In this document: positions 12,495-25,944 of the stretch, one piece after another | Numbering within the stretch: the first letter of the stretch is position 1 | Layout of the letters: each line of letters opens with the position of its first letter | NCBI GenBank assembly: GCA_030141605.1 | Contig: JAQGDQ010000024.1 | Coordinates: forward strand, 1-64,000 | DNA length: 64,000 bases | Reading direction: 5' to 3' | Source: Tubiluchus corallicola | Lineage: Eukaryota; Animalia; Priapulida | The notes under the pieces: generated by a model | Told to the model about the DNA's origin: nothing | Seen by the model: only the letters and a program-made list of their open reading frames with translations | The model's database searches: none | Translations under genes and position numbers: made by a program

Positions 12495-12941
12495 ACACTG
12501 TGCTTCTGTATAACTCAGAATTATGGACAATTAAAGCACAACGCAAATCAGAAGTTGATGCATTTCAAAGAAGAAACTACAGGAACATTCTAGGAATAAA
12601 ATGGCCAAAGAAAATATCAAACCAGGATCTGTGCAATAATGTCAAGGCAGATGAAAGGACAATTGAAATCAAGTGAAGATTAAGATGTATAGGACACGTT
12701 ATACGACTACCAGATGACAGTCCATTAAAATTAGTTTTCAGAGAAGTTGCAGAGGGAAAAGAAACCACAAGGAGGACAGCTGCTGACTTACATCAATTTC
12801 ATGCAAAAAGATCTTATCAACACACCATTAGATATCAAAAACACAGAGACATGGGAGGTTGTGGGTGACAGGGCAGCGTGGTCTGAAGTGACTGCAAGGG
12901 TCATTATCAGAGGACGTGTGACTCCAGAGATGATGATGATT
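12495..12941 (+). mobile_element. Decayed RTE-like LINE 3' fragment
   Basis: VLLYNSELWT...DAFQRR...ILGIKWPKKISN, then a stop, then RLRCIGHVIRLP, a frameshift and a (GAT)n tail. Confidence 0.75.
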
Positions 12942-13877
12942 TTGATGTGGCATAACAGTTTAGTTTGGCTTAGTAAGGTCAGTGAATGATTTTAGAGCGT
13001 TATTGGTGTTTTTATGTTTCGTAAGGCGTTATGTACCAGTTTGCACTCTTATTTGAATTTGTTTTTTTTTAATTTTATATGTAATACAAAACCGTGTACT
13101 CTTGCAAATATGTTTTTATCCAATAAATTATAAATATAAAGATAAATAAATTATAAACTATTTAGCGAGTAACTAAAATGACTGAGTCAACAAAGGAGAA
13201 TAACTGGTTTTCATAGTGTGCGTTTAACAACCGCAGTCAAGCAACATCAAGTCTGGACAGCGAACGGATTGGCTAGTGAGAGCATCGTACCTATTTGTCA
13301 CACCGTTTTCAGCCTTTATCTTGTTGAGAGAGAAAAAATACGCATAAAATGTGGCCAAGGCACTTTGCTATCTTAGGGGATACTTGTAGAGTTAGTTTCT
13401 TTCTTATTCGATAGGTGCCGGTCCTGTCATAAGTGCTGAATACCGGCTGTCGTTGACTGATTCATACATGGCTTATTCGTTGTTTTCTTTCGTTCATTTC
13501 TTCATTCATTCGCACCTTTATTGGCTCGTTCCTTCAATTTTTTTCTTTGTGTACTCCCTTGCTTGCGTAGACAAGCTAGCTGTCTTCTTTATTGCCCATG
13601 TCGGGGCGACTCTCACTCCCACTCCCACGCAAATGAAGCCCTCACAGGGTCAATTGCAGTCAGTCTCAGAAGCCATCAATGGTGGTTTAGTGATTGTTAT
13701 AATCTAATAGACGCTCTTCTTGTTTTCACGATAAATTAGGTCTATTTATCCCGGTTTTTGCACGTGGAATGTCAATGTGAAATGCAATGCTTTGTGAGTG
13801 GGATCTCTGACCCTACAGCATGAGTACAAATTCTCATTACTGTATTCTTGTCTTTGTGTTTTCATTTGTTGTTGAAT

Positions 13878-13917
<40 letters not shown>

Positions 13918-14065
13918 GACTATGGCTGCTGTTGTTGTTATTGCTATAGTTGAAATTGTTGTTCTTGTTGTTGTTGCTGCTGCTGTTGCTGTTGTTGTTG
14001 CTGTTGTTGTTCTTGTCGTTGTTGTTGCTATTGCTGCATTGCTGCTGTTGTTGTTGTTGTTGCTG

Positions 14066-14367
14066 ATGATGATGATGATGATGATGCTCAAACATGATAT
14101 ATTCACGGCTGTTTATACGGGGGTTTCTTTGCCTATTAATGGAGGATTATGTTTCGTAGGAAATTACATTAAAAGTGATCACTGCGGTATTACTGAACTT
14201 CTGACCTACACTGATCCGTATCAAAGCAACAAATGTTGATGATGATGAAGACGATGTTGTTGATGATGATGACGATGATGATGACGATGTTGTTGATGAT
14301 GATAATGATGATGATAATGATGAAGATGATGATGTTTATGATGACGATGTTGTTGATGATGATCACA

Positions 14368-14439
<72 letters not shown>

Positions 14440-15338
14440 CTCAAACATGATATATTCACGGCTGTTTATACAGGGGTTTCTTTGCCTATTAATGGAGGAT
14501 TATGTTTCGTAGGAAATTACATTAAAAGTGATCACTTCGGTATTACTGAACTTCTGACCTACACTGATCCGTATCAAAGCAACAAAGACAACTGAAAAAA
14601 AGATTGAAGAAATAAATTCAGCAGCAGCGACAACGGCGACGACGACAATCATAACAACAATTGCAAAGGGACATACAACGAATAGGATGAGTAGTATAAT
14701 AACAACAACAGTGCGCTGCCATCAATGAAAATGTTGTCGATGACGACAGCCACAAAGGAGAGGTGAACTCTGGTGATGACGATGGCAACAGCGATGAGAG
14801 CAATGACTATGACGAAAGCAATAAAGACAAAGACAAAAAGAGAGGATAAAAATAAGGACATCAATACAAAGGGGAAGAACAAGAAAGAGAAGAATGGTGG
14901 TGGTGAGGATGAAAAAATAATAATGATGAGGACGATGACATTCACGACAACAATTCTAGTAATGACGGTAACAACTACAATGACGACAATCACTACAGCA
15001 CCAACAATTTCAACAGAATAAGCAAAAGTAACAGCAACAATGGCGACCACAAGGACGGCAACATCCGACAACAACAACATTATCCCAAGAAAAACAACAG
15101 CTACAGCAGCAGCAACACTGACAACGACAGCAATAACAACAACAGTAATAGTGACAATGACAACAACAGCGATAACTGCAGTCAAGACAAAAACAACAAC
15201 AAACAAACTAGTAAGAGTATCAACGATAAAAACAGCAACAACACTTCAAGAACAACAACAACAACAACAACAACAACACAGCAACAGCAACAGCAACAGC
15301 AACAACAGTAGCAACGGCAGCAATAACAACAACAACAA

Positions 15339-15415
<77 letters not shown>

Positions 15416-15588
15416 ACAACAACAGCAGCAACGGCACCAATAACAACAACAACAACAGCAATAACAACAGCAGCAATAGCAACAACAACAACAACAACAC
15501 AACAACAACAACAACAATAACAACAACAACAACAACAACAACAATAGCAACAACAACAATAGCAACAACAACAACACAACAACAACAA
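14066..15588. other. Non-mirrored spacer (loop) of the palindrome
   Basis: 1523 bp with no inverted partner: (ATG)n tracts, a 147-bp direct duplication and an ACA/CAG low-complexity tract. Confidence 0.9.
14087..14586. repeat. 147-bp direct duplication (14087-14233 and 14440-14586) separated by an ATG-rich tract
   Basis: CTCAAACATGATATATTC...CAAAGCAACAAA occurs twice, offset 353 bp, with two substitutions seen. Confidence 0.93.
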
Positions 15589-15736
15589 CAGCAACAACAA
15601 CAACAACAGCAGCAATGCAGCAATAGCAACAACAACGACAAGAACAACAACAGCAACAACAACAGCAACAGCAGCAGCAACAACAACAAGAACAACAATT
15701 TCAACTATAGCAATAACAACAACAGCAGCCATAGTC

Positions 15737-15776
<40 letters not shown>

Positions 15777-16712
15777 ATTCAACAACAAATGAAAACACAA
15801 AGACAAGAATACAGTAATGAGAATTTGTACTCATGCTGTAGGGTCAGAGATCCCACTCACAAAGCATTGCATTTCACATTGACATTCCACGTGCAAAAAC
15901 CGGGATAAATAGACCTAATTTATCGTGAAAACAAGAAGAGCGTCTATTAGATTATAACAATCACTAAACCACCATTGATGGCTTCTGAGACTGACTGCAA
16001 TTGACCCTGTGAGGGCTTCATTTGCGTGGGAGTGGGAGTGAGAGTCGCCCCGACATGGGCAATAAAGAAGACAGCTAGCTTGTCTACGCAAGCAAGGGAG
16101 TACACAAAGAAAAAAATTGAAGGAACGAGCCAATAAAGGTGCGAATGAATGAAGAAATGAACGAAAGAAAACAACGAATAAGCCATGTATGAATCAGTCA
16201 ACGACAGCCGGTATTCAGCACTTATGACAGGACCGGCACCTATCGAATAAGAAAGAAACTAACTCTACAAGTATCCCCTAAGATAGCAAAGTGCCTTGGC
16301 CACATTTTATGCGTATTTTTTCTCTCTCAACAAGATAAAGGCTGAAAACGGTGTGACAAATAGGTACGATGCTCTCACTAGCCAATCCGTTCGCTGTCCA
16401 GACTTGATGTTGCTTGACTGCGGTTGTTAAACGCACACTATGAAAACCAGTTATTCTCCTTTGTTGACTCAGTCATTTTAGTTACTCGCTAAATAGTTTA
16501 TAATTTATTTATCTTTATATTTATAATTTATTGGATAAAAACATATTTGCAAGAGTACACGGTTTTGTATTACATATAAAATTAAAAAAAAACAAATTCA
16601 AATAAGAGTGCAAACTGGTACATAACGCCTTACGAAACATAAAAACACCAATAACGCTCTAAAATCATTCACTGACCTTACTAAGCCAAACTAAACTGTT
16701 ATGCCACATCAA

Positions 16713-17159
16713 AATCATCATCATCTCTGGAGTCACACGTCCTCTGATAATGACCCTTGCAGTCACTTCAGACCACGCTGCCCTGTCACCCACAACCTCC
16801 CATGTCTCTGTGTTTTTGATATCTAATGGTGTGTTGATAAGATCTTTTTGCATGAAATTGATGTAAGTCAGCAGCTGTCCTCCTTGTGGTTTCTTTTCCC
16901 TCTGCAACTTCTCTGAAAACTAATTTTAATGGACTGTCATCTGGTAGTCGTATAACGTGTCCTATACATCTTAATCTTCACTTGATTTCAATTGTCCTTT
17001 CATCTGCCTTGACATTATTGCACAGATCCTGGTTTGATATTTTCTTTGGCCATTTTATTCCTAGAATGTTCCTGTAGTTTCTTCTTTGAAATGCATCAAC
17101 TTCTGATTTGCGTTGTGCTTTAATTGTCCATAATTCTGAGTTATACAGAAGCACAGTGT
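16713..17159 (-). mobile_element. Decayed RTE-like LINE 3' fragment (mirror copy)
   Basis: Mirror of 12495-12941; ORF-track translations are identical. Confidence 0.75.
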
Positions 17160-17970
17160 ACTGGAAATCTGGCACTGGCCTGCTTTGTGGCCTTCGCTTG
17201 TTGTTAACTTTGGCCACCTTGTGGCGATTTTTTGGCCTGGACACGTGATCAGTATGATCGGTGTCAGAGGCCTGTTAAGTGAGGACGTGTCATTGTGGGT
17301 TTATTAAATGTTGGCGTTATCTGTTACAATTGCTTATGATTTGGGGCTAAAAACGTACGTATACTCAAATTACTTTATAAAATTTAAATTTACTTTTAGA
17401 TAACAGCTATTTATGATTAATGCGACGATGTAGTATGAAACTCTGAATTATGTAAAATTGACTTTTGGCTAGTGTTATTTATTTTTTTGTCATTTGTTTA
17501 GATGGAATGATACGTTTTGGTTAATAAAGAAGGAAGAATGAGCAAAATACAATGTAGCTTCAAATTTGGTTTTCAAAGGCCAAACACACAGTTTCCACAA
17601 GTGAAGCAAAGATGCAAAGATTCTTAATTTTGTATCAAAACTGATCCTCGTACTTTCAAATTTTTTTCTTCATTTGGAATATGCAGCTAAGATTTTTCTT
17701 CTTCATATTTCTTCATCTATTGCAAGAAGACTGGTCAAGTATTTGCATTCCCTTACTCATATAACATTACATGTATTGCTGAACTCTAGTTGTGCAGTAA
17801 AAAATTTGGTTGCCACGGTGACCACGGTTGCTTAGCAACGGCATTTATTATATGAACATTATTTATATGTATAATTACAATTATATGTATTATAATTATA
17901 GTTCATTATATTACATTATGTAATACATGCATTTCAATCATGTGTATAAAATGTACAAAATATAATATAT

Positions 17971-18358
17971 AATTATATCCACGCATCAAAATATACCAAA
18001 CTGAATCTTTATCTTCTGGAACCGGAGTCTTAATTTAGATGTCTTGGAGGTACAGCCGAAGTTCTACAATTATATCCACGCATCAAAATATACCAAACTG
18101 AATCTTTATCTTCTGGAACCGGAGTCTTAATTTAGATGTGTTGGTGGTACAGCCGAAGTTCTACAATTATATCCACGCATCAAAATATACCAGACTGAAT
18201 CTTTATCTTCTGGAACCGGAGTCTTAATTTAGATGTGTTGGTGGTACAGCCGAAGTTCTGCAATTATATCCACGCATCAAAATATACCAGACTGAATCTT
18301 TATCTTCTGGAACCGGAGTCTTAATTTAGATGTGTTGGTGGTACAGCCGAAGTTCTAC
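17971..18358. repeat. 97-bp tandem repeat, 4 units (mirror copy)
   Basis: Reverse complement of 11296-11683. Confidence 0.93.
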
Positions 18359-19777
18359 AGTTGCTTCTACAGACAATCTCATCTATTTCCAATGTCTTCT
18401 TAATCAAGAACATAACACAACCCAAGTTAACTGTAAATAACATTAACACGCAACCGCCAACACTTTTCATTTACTCTAAACTTAACAAGAAAATCAATAA
18501 TTATTTTGAATAAAGAAAAATACGCAAAGTTTGTTTACCTGTTGCATAAAAACAACGAGATCATGTAGCAAAAACAGTAAAAATTCTACATTTGTTTGGC
18601 CAAGCAGCGGGAAATTGTGTTTTTATTTATCTTCACCGAGACTGGGTTCATTGCATACCGACTGTCATATGAAGGTTAAAGAGATAGAGGTAAGCCAAGT
18701 CGATGCGGCGATAGAGAAAATCCAAAAAAATATTTTGTTTGTGGCGTGTAAACATGAGAGATGTGGCGTGTAAACAAAGTACAATGACGAAATTTAATAA
18801 CTGTACATAACTATTCTATTATCTCTATTATGTTCTGTTCTGTTCCGTTCCGTTCCGTTCCGTTCCGTTCCGTTCCGTTCCGTTCCGTTCCGTTCCGTTC
18901 TGTTCTGTTCTACTCCGCTTCGCTCTGCTCTGCTCTCCTCTCCTCTTGTGTTTTTTCTTTTCCCTTTCCTTCTCTTCTCTTCTCTTGTCATCTCTTCTCT
19001 GCTCTGCTCTCCGTGATTATAATTACTTAATATTTAAAAAAAACTTTTGATGTTAAACTAATTGGAGAAAATAAATGTTCTATGTCTATGTCTATGTCCA
19101 TTGTAAGTTTTGTGAGTTTTTTATGTACGTTATACTGTATACTGTTTTGTGTTGCTTGTTAATAAACTAAACAAAAGTAGGTAAATCTAAATCTAATGAA
19201 CTGCCCTAAACTGCCTGGTGGTAATTGTTATTCTGTTCCAATCAAGTGCAAAAGAAAGTACATTTCACACTCTATAAGGGTCATCCTTGGGTTACAGCTG
19301 ACCCACTTTACGCAGGAGATGTTTGTAGGAAAGTAGAACTGACCCAGAAATTTGTCTATTATTTATCGAAGATCAGCAAATTGTTCATCGCCGTGCCCAA
19401 CATTATGATGTAAATATTTGGCGAAGAAACTCCTGGGGCCCATCAGAAAGAGAGAGAGTCTGCTAACCACCTTGAAGAGGAAGACGCAACACCAAAACAG
19501 ACATCTGCAGCGAATGAATTGAGAGTGGAATTGATGTGGGGGAGTTCCAAGAGCCCCAAAAACTGTGAAATGTCGAAAATCTCTAACAATTCACATTGAT
19601 AATGATGATGATGATGATCATGATGATGATGATGATGATGATGACGATGAAGACAATGAAGATGATGATGACGATGTTGTTGATGATGATGATGACGATG
19701 TTGTTGATGATGATGATGACGAAGATTATGATGCTGATGTTGACGATGACGATGTTGTTGATGATGACGACGACGAC

Positions 19778-19870
<93 letters not shown>

Positions 19871-20499
19871 AATGACGATGGTGATGGTAGTGTGATGGCA
19901 TTAAGGATGGCGGCAGCAGTGGTGATGGTGATGGTAATAACGACAACAACATGAACAACAAATTGATAATGGATAACGATACTGCTGCAAGTTTGAATAT
20001 AATTTACGTGACCGTTTCCTCTCGTTCAGATTAATAAAAAATAATTCTATCATATCAATACAAAATTGCTCGTTCAGTCAGTTTCCGTGATTTTAGGTGC
20101 CTGTGTTTATGAACTGCTCTGCATAATAGCGCCCTCTATAAATATTTAAATTGTAAACCGATTAGGAAGCCCCAGAAAGATTGTGGCATGCAGATTTCTG
20201 TAACTTCGCGCTCTTATTATATGAACGAGCTCCAAGAACCATAATCCATGCAGCTTAGCATTGCAAGCGGGCAAAAAATAAATGTGGCGAATCCAGTTAA
20301 GAAATGATCTTTTTCCAAATTTTACTTTTAAACATATCTGTTTGTCAAAATAATTTTGCCGATCTGCGGTATCCAACAAGATTCAACCGTTTTGTCTTAC
20401 CTGTTTATATTTTATTGGAGTTTGTCAGTATAGACTAAGATTTTCTGCCAAAAGAAGCCCTTTTGCTGTGACTAACCAAAACGATATTTTAACATGCAA

Positions 20500-21090
20500 T
20501 TTAAGATCTTTGATCCCATGAGTGATTAGCAAAGGAATTTCAAAAACTACATTTTCAAAAGTCTTTTTGAGCTGTATTGTCTTTCCGTTTTTAGTAAAAC
20601 ACCAATTTGCGCCAAACCCCAGTATAGACTTCAACAGTGGTACCACGAAGCCAGATAAGAGTTAACTTGTCTGACATCTGTCACAACAGTTTATAAAAAT
20701 AAGTTGATACGACTCCCAGATTCGAGCTTTTTCAAATTCCAATTGTATAGCGCTGTTCAGCTCTTCATCAGTAGCACAACATGTCTTCTCACTAAACATC
20801 GCTGAGTGGTTTTTAATTTTTAAAAGAATCATTGTGAACGATCAAGTTGGCTGAGGTGAACCTAATTGAAAGTTACTTTCTTCTCGAAGTATTTTTTTAA
20901 AAAAGAAGTTTGTGCTTCGCAAAAGTTAAACTAGTTCTCTACTCTTGCAGATTTGGAACCACGGCGTCCCTCAAGGGTCAATCGTTTGCCCTCGGCTGTT
21001 TAGTTTATAAAGAAATTTATCGGTTGCTTGGTTAGAACTTTATCTGGAAAAGATTAACATTCAGGCAGCGCATATCCTTGCAAACGTTAA
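20500..21090 (+). mobile_element. Decayed CR1/L2-type LINE RT remnant (mirror copy)
   Basis: AACCACGGCGTCCCTCAAGGGTCAATC encodes NHGVPQGSI at ~20957. Confidence 0.55.
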
Positions 21091-21467
21091 GGCTAGTTCA
21101 CACTGTCCTATAAGACCACAATTAAGTACACCAGTGTGTTTCTGAAACCAGGTCGTCTAATGTCAATAGGCAGATGAATGGATGCTCACATCAAGTGGAG
21201 AAAGTCAATACAGTCGCTGTTTAAACATCACCATCATTCAAGTAAAAAGTTTTCACCGTGGATGCTCTGATTATTAAGTTTTCTATTTAGTAATTGAGGG
21301 TTAGTTAGGCTTTAGCCCACTTTACTAGGATCAGCACCACGTAGCCACTTGCCCAAAAGCTTTTCTCCAACATTCGAAAAACTGATTTGATTGAATATCT
21401 GAAAATATACTTGAGATTTTTCAACAGCTAGCTGTAATGTAATGAAAATGGAAACGGCAAATGATGA

Positions 21468-23286
21468 AAACCTTAAAATGTTTAACTCACTCCAATGCAA
21501 AACCTTAAAATGTTTAACTCACTCCAACGCAAACCTTAAAATGCTTAACTCACTCGAATGCAAAACCTTAAAATGTTTAACTCACTCCAATGCAAAACCT
21601 TAAAATGTCTAACTCACTCCAGCATATAACCTTAAAATGCTTAACTCACTCGAACGCAAAACCTTAAAATGCTTAACGCACTCCAACGCAAAACCTAAAA
21701 ATGTTTAACTCACTCGAATGCAAAACTTTAATATGTTTAACTCACTCCAATGCAAAACCTTAAAATGTTTAACTCACTCCAATTCAAAACCTTAAAATGT
21801 TTAACTCACACCAATGCAAAACCTTAAAATGATTAACCCATTCCAGCATATAACCTTAAAATGCTTAAATCATTCGAACGCAAAACCTTAAAATGTTTAA
21901 CTCACTCAAATGCAAAACCTTAAAGTGTTTAACTCACTCAAATGCAAAACCTTAAATGTTTAATTCGCTACAATGCAAGACCTTGAAATGTTTAACTCAC
22001 AATAATGCAAAACTTTAAAATGTTTAACTCACTCCAACGCAAAACCTTAAAATGTTTAACTCACTCCAATGCAAAACCTTAAAATGCTTAACTCACTCCA
22101 ACGCAAAACCTTAAAATGTTTAACTCACTCCAACGCAAAACCTTAAAATGTTTAACTCACACCAATGCAAAACCTTAAAATGTTTAACTCATTCGAACAC
22201 AAAACCTTAAAATGTTTAACTCACTCAAATGCAAAACCTTAAAGTGTTTAACTCACTCAAATGCAAAACCTTAAAATGTTTAACTCGCTACAATGCAAGA
22301 CCTTAAAATGTTTAACTCACTCCAATGCAAAACCTTAAAGTGTTTAACTCACTCCAACGCAAAACCTTAAAATGCTTAACTCACTCCAACGCAAAACCTT
22401 AAAATGTTTAACTCACACCAAAGCAAAACCTTAAAATGTTTAACTCATTCCAGCATATAACCTTAAAATGCTTAAATCATTCGAACGCAAAACCTTAAAA
22501 TGTTTAACTCACTCCAACGCAAAACCTTAAAATGCTTAACTCACTCCAACGCAAAACCTTAAAATGTTTAACTCACACCAATGCAAAACCTTAAAATGTT
22601 TAACTCACTCCAGCATATAACCTTAAAATGCTTAAATCATTCGAACGCAAAACCTTAAAATGTTTAACTCACTCAAATGCAAAACCTTAAAGTGTTTAAC
22701 TCACTCAAATGCAAAACCTTAAAATGTTTAACTCGCTACAATGCAAGACCTTGAAATGTTTAACTCACAATAATGCAAAACCTTAAAATGTTTAACTCAC
22801 TCCAACGCAAAACCTTAAAATGTTAAACTCACTCCAACGCAAAACCTTAAAATGTTTAACTCACTCCAATGCAAAACCTTAAAATGCTTAACTCACTCCA
22901 ACGCAAAACCTTAAAATGTTTAACTCACACCAATGCAAAACCTTAAAATGTTTAACTCATTCCAGCATATAACCTTAAAATGCTTAAATCATTCGAACGC
23001 AAAACCTTAAAATATTTAACTCACTCAAATGCAAAACCTTAAAATGTTTAATTCGCTACAATGCAAGACCTTGAAATGTTTAACTCACAATAATGCAAAA
23101 CCTTAAAATGTTTAACTCACTCCAATGCAAAACCTTAAAATGTTTAACTCACTCAAATGCAAAACCTTAAAACGCTTAACTCACTCGAACGCAAAACCTT
23201 AAAATGCTTAACTCACTCCAATGCAAAACCTTAAAATGCTTAACTCACTCCAATGCAAAACCTTGAAAATTTTTAACTCACTCTAA
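21468..23286. repeat. 32-bp satellite (mirror copy, different internal arrangement)
   Basis: Unit AATGCAAAACCTTAAAATGTTTAACTCACTCC; net 30 bp shorter than the left array. Confidence 0.95.
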
Positions 23287-24431
23287 TGAAGTCCACGTTT
23301 GCATTAATTAATAGGTCCCTAATTAGATCCCTAGGACCAAAACAGCAAAGGTAGATTCTTCACACGTGTTATGAAAAGCAAAACAATAAACTTGCTTTGA
23401 AATCGACTTTCCTTCTCCAACCAGACTAGCAGAACAGTTTTGCAAGACCAGCACGACAGGTTTGCATAGATCAAGGCATTCCACAAGGCTCAACCATGTT
23501 TCCTTGCTTATTTAGTATCTGTGTAAAATTATCGAATGCTTGGTAATAAATTGATCTAGAATGCCTGATATGTAGACAGCTATCTTTTTCCCAATCTTCC
23601 TTAATTTTTACAATACAAGCATGGTTCTTTTTCCTCATTCACGTTCTCATCCTCTCCACCCAGATCTAATAAAAACTCGAATGAAGAAAGCCATGCCAAC
23701 AAAACGGGTCGTAACCAAGCGGAAAATGACTCTGTTATCTACTAAGTATACATTTCAACAAACGGCAATAAGGAAGTTTAGCATATGAACCGAAACCGAC
23801 TGGCTTCAGAAAATAAATCCAGCAACAGCATGCTAATAGGCCCGCTCGCAACGCCCACTTTCGACAAAATGGCTTCGCGACATATGGCGCAATAAAGTGG
23901 TTAGTTAGTAATGCAATTCGTAATGACGCCGCGCAAGAATTCCGGTGATTGTCAGGCGCACCGTCTTGCGTCATTAGTCGAGGAGAATTTCCTGGCTCTG
24001 GAAGCGTCCCCTAAACAGTTTATCCGCCTTTTCTCCTAACAGCTGTTTGCTCAGAACTACACATCCCGCTTTCAAGGCTTGCCGGCAGTTTGGCTATGAA
24101 AAATAAACACTTTTTCTCCCCCTGGTGTTATGAAGATGAACCTGGACAGCTAGACGAGACCATATGACGCAGGTGAACCGTGAAATCAGCCATTCCAGTT
24201 TACAGAAACTGTTTGCAGGAATTCTCCTGGAGGTAGACAGAAACTGAAAACCGGTTGCTTAAATCACGTTTACACTAGGCAGAAAATGCTTTACCCATTG
24301 AAAACCTTTTAGAGCCAGATCTAACAGTCACAGATCTAACAGATCTAAAATGCAGACCAGATCAGATGACGCAAGTTAACATGAAATCCGCCATTTCCGT
24401 TTTTAGAAGCTGCTTGCAGAAATTCCCCTAA

Positions 24432-24771
24432 GCTGGAAAGAAAGTTAACACCAGTCTAATGTTTAAGACAGAGACCGGAAAGAAAGTTAACACCAGTCTA
24501 ATGTTTAAGACACAGACTGGAAAGAAAGTTAACACCAGTCTAATGTTTAAGACACAGACTGGAAAGAAAGTTAACACCAGTCTAATGTTTAAGACACAGA
24601 CTGGAAAGAAAGTTAACACCAGTCTAATGTTTAAGACACAGACTGGAAAGAAAGTTAACACCAGTCGAATGTTTAAGACAGAGGCTGGAAAGAAAGTTAA
24701 CACCAGTCTAATGTTTAAGACACAGACTGGAAAGAAAGTTAACACCAGTCTAATGTTTAAGACAGAGACTG
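24432..24771. repeat. 42-bp minisatellite, ~8 units (mirror copy)
   Basis: Arm offset changes by exactly 42 bp across the array. Confidence 0.95.
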
Positions 24772-25315
24772 TATTTACATAAAGCGTGTTTTTAAAGTTT
24801 GATGGTCTTAGAAGAAAAATAATTTCTCGATGTTATTTTAGTTGGCTTTTGTTACTGGTTGGTCAATTAGTTAAACACTTGGTTAGTTAATCAGAACATC
24901 TATAATTTGATAAATGAACATTAAAGTAAAACAGAACAACTTTTAGATTACAACTCGTTTTGACCTATGATCAAAAAACGTTTCATTACTTATAAGAACT
25001 GCTAACGTGTTCCCTATATATCACGCGGGGCGAATACCCGAGTGGTCAGGTGCGTGTGCGTTAAAAGAAGTTAACTACCATCTATCTAAGTTAAGTACAT
25101 GTATGTTTTAATAATGATAACTAAAAAGTAAAACAACGCGAAGGCTTTTCAAAAGTGGATAGTTGATAAATGGCTCAGAGCCTGATCATTTATTTGCTGT
25201 ATTGATTCTGAAGCGTCATTCCGGGCTGCATACTAAATATGTGATATTTTAATATGTAAAATGTTACTATTTAATAATGTACTATTGGTACGATAAATCT
25301 CATTTTTGCTGTCGA

Positions 25316-25753
25316 CAGGGGTAAGCAACGACCGTTCGAATTCGATTCGAACCTAAAATTATAGATTCTAATAATTCAGCACTTCAACCACACAAGTTCT
25401 TTATCATTCCAATGTTTGAAACATCATGCAATTAGCCCATTTAGCTGCAGTTTCTGTGCAAAATTTTCAAAAAAACTAATAGTGGTTTTACTGCCTAACA
25501 AAATCGAGTAATATGCATGATCTTTGTAATACCACTTTTTATTAGTGGTTCGAAAACTCGCTCGAAATCCTTCAAACTCAATTCCAATTCGATTCGAATT
25601 CGAAATACTGACATTTGGTTCGATTCGAATTCCAAAGTCACAAATTTGATTCGATTCCAATTGGAAAGTCACAAATTTGATTCGATTTGAATTCGAAAGT
25701 CACAAATTTGATTCGATTCGAATTCGCTTTCTGCTAGAGTATGCTCACCCCTA
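25316..25753. mobile_element. hAT-like MITE (mirror copy)
   Basis: Termini CAGGGGTAAGCA ... TGCTCACCCCTA. Confidence 0.7.
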
Positions 25754-25944
25754 GTTCTTGATGGAGTTGCTGTATTTGCGCGACTGTTTATTCAAGTTTT
25801 ATTTATTGCAAGCTGGTCTTTTTATTTAATAATCTGTTATTTCAAACATTGTGTATTATGGTGCTGTCTTTTGATGGAGTTACTAAAAGTTATACAAATC
25901 TTGTTTAAACTTATACACATTTCATAATCCAGCATTTTCGGCCT

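Larger units (their letters stand above)
1..14065. repeat. Left arm of a giant inverted duplication (continues beyond window start)
   Basis: Reverse complement of 15589-29524. Mirrored ORFs pair with coordinate sums stepping 29525, 29597, 29575, 29577, 29619, 29649, 29654. Homology stops at 14065/15589. Confidence 0.97.

Noticed and set aside
14087-14233. Duplicated spacer block as a coding exon (LKHDIFTAVY...)
   Set aside because: No clear splice sites or recognisable protein match.
9688-19961. Poly-D/H/M/Q/N/T/C ORFs
   Set aside because: Translations of trinucleotide microsatellites that are open in several frames on both strands.
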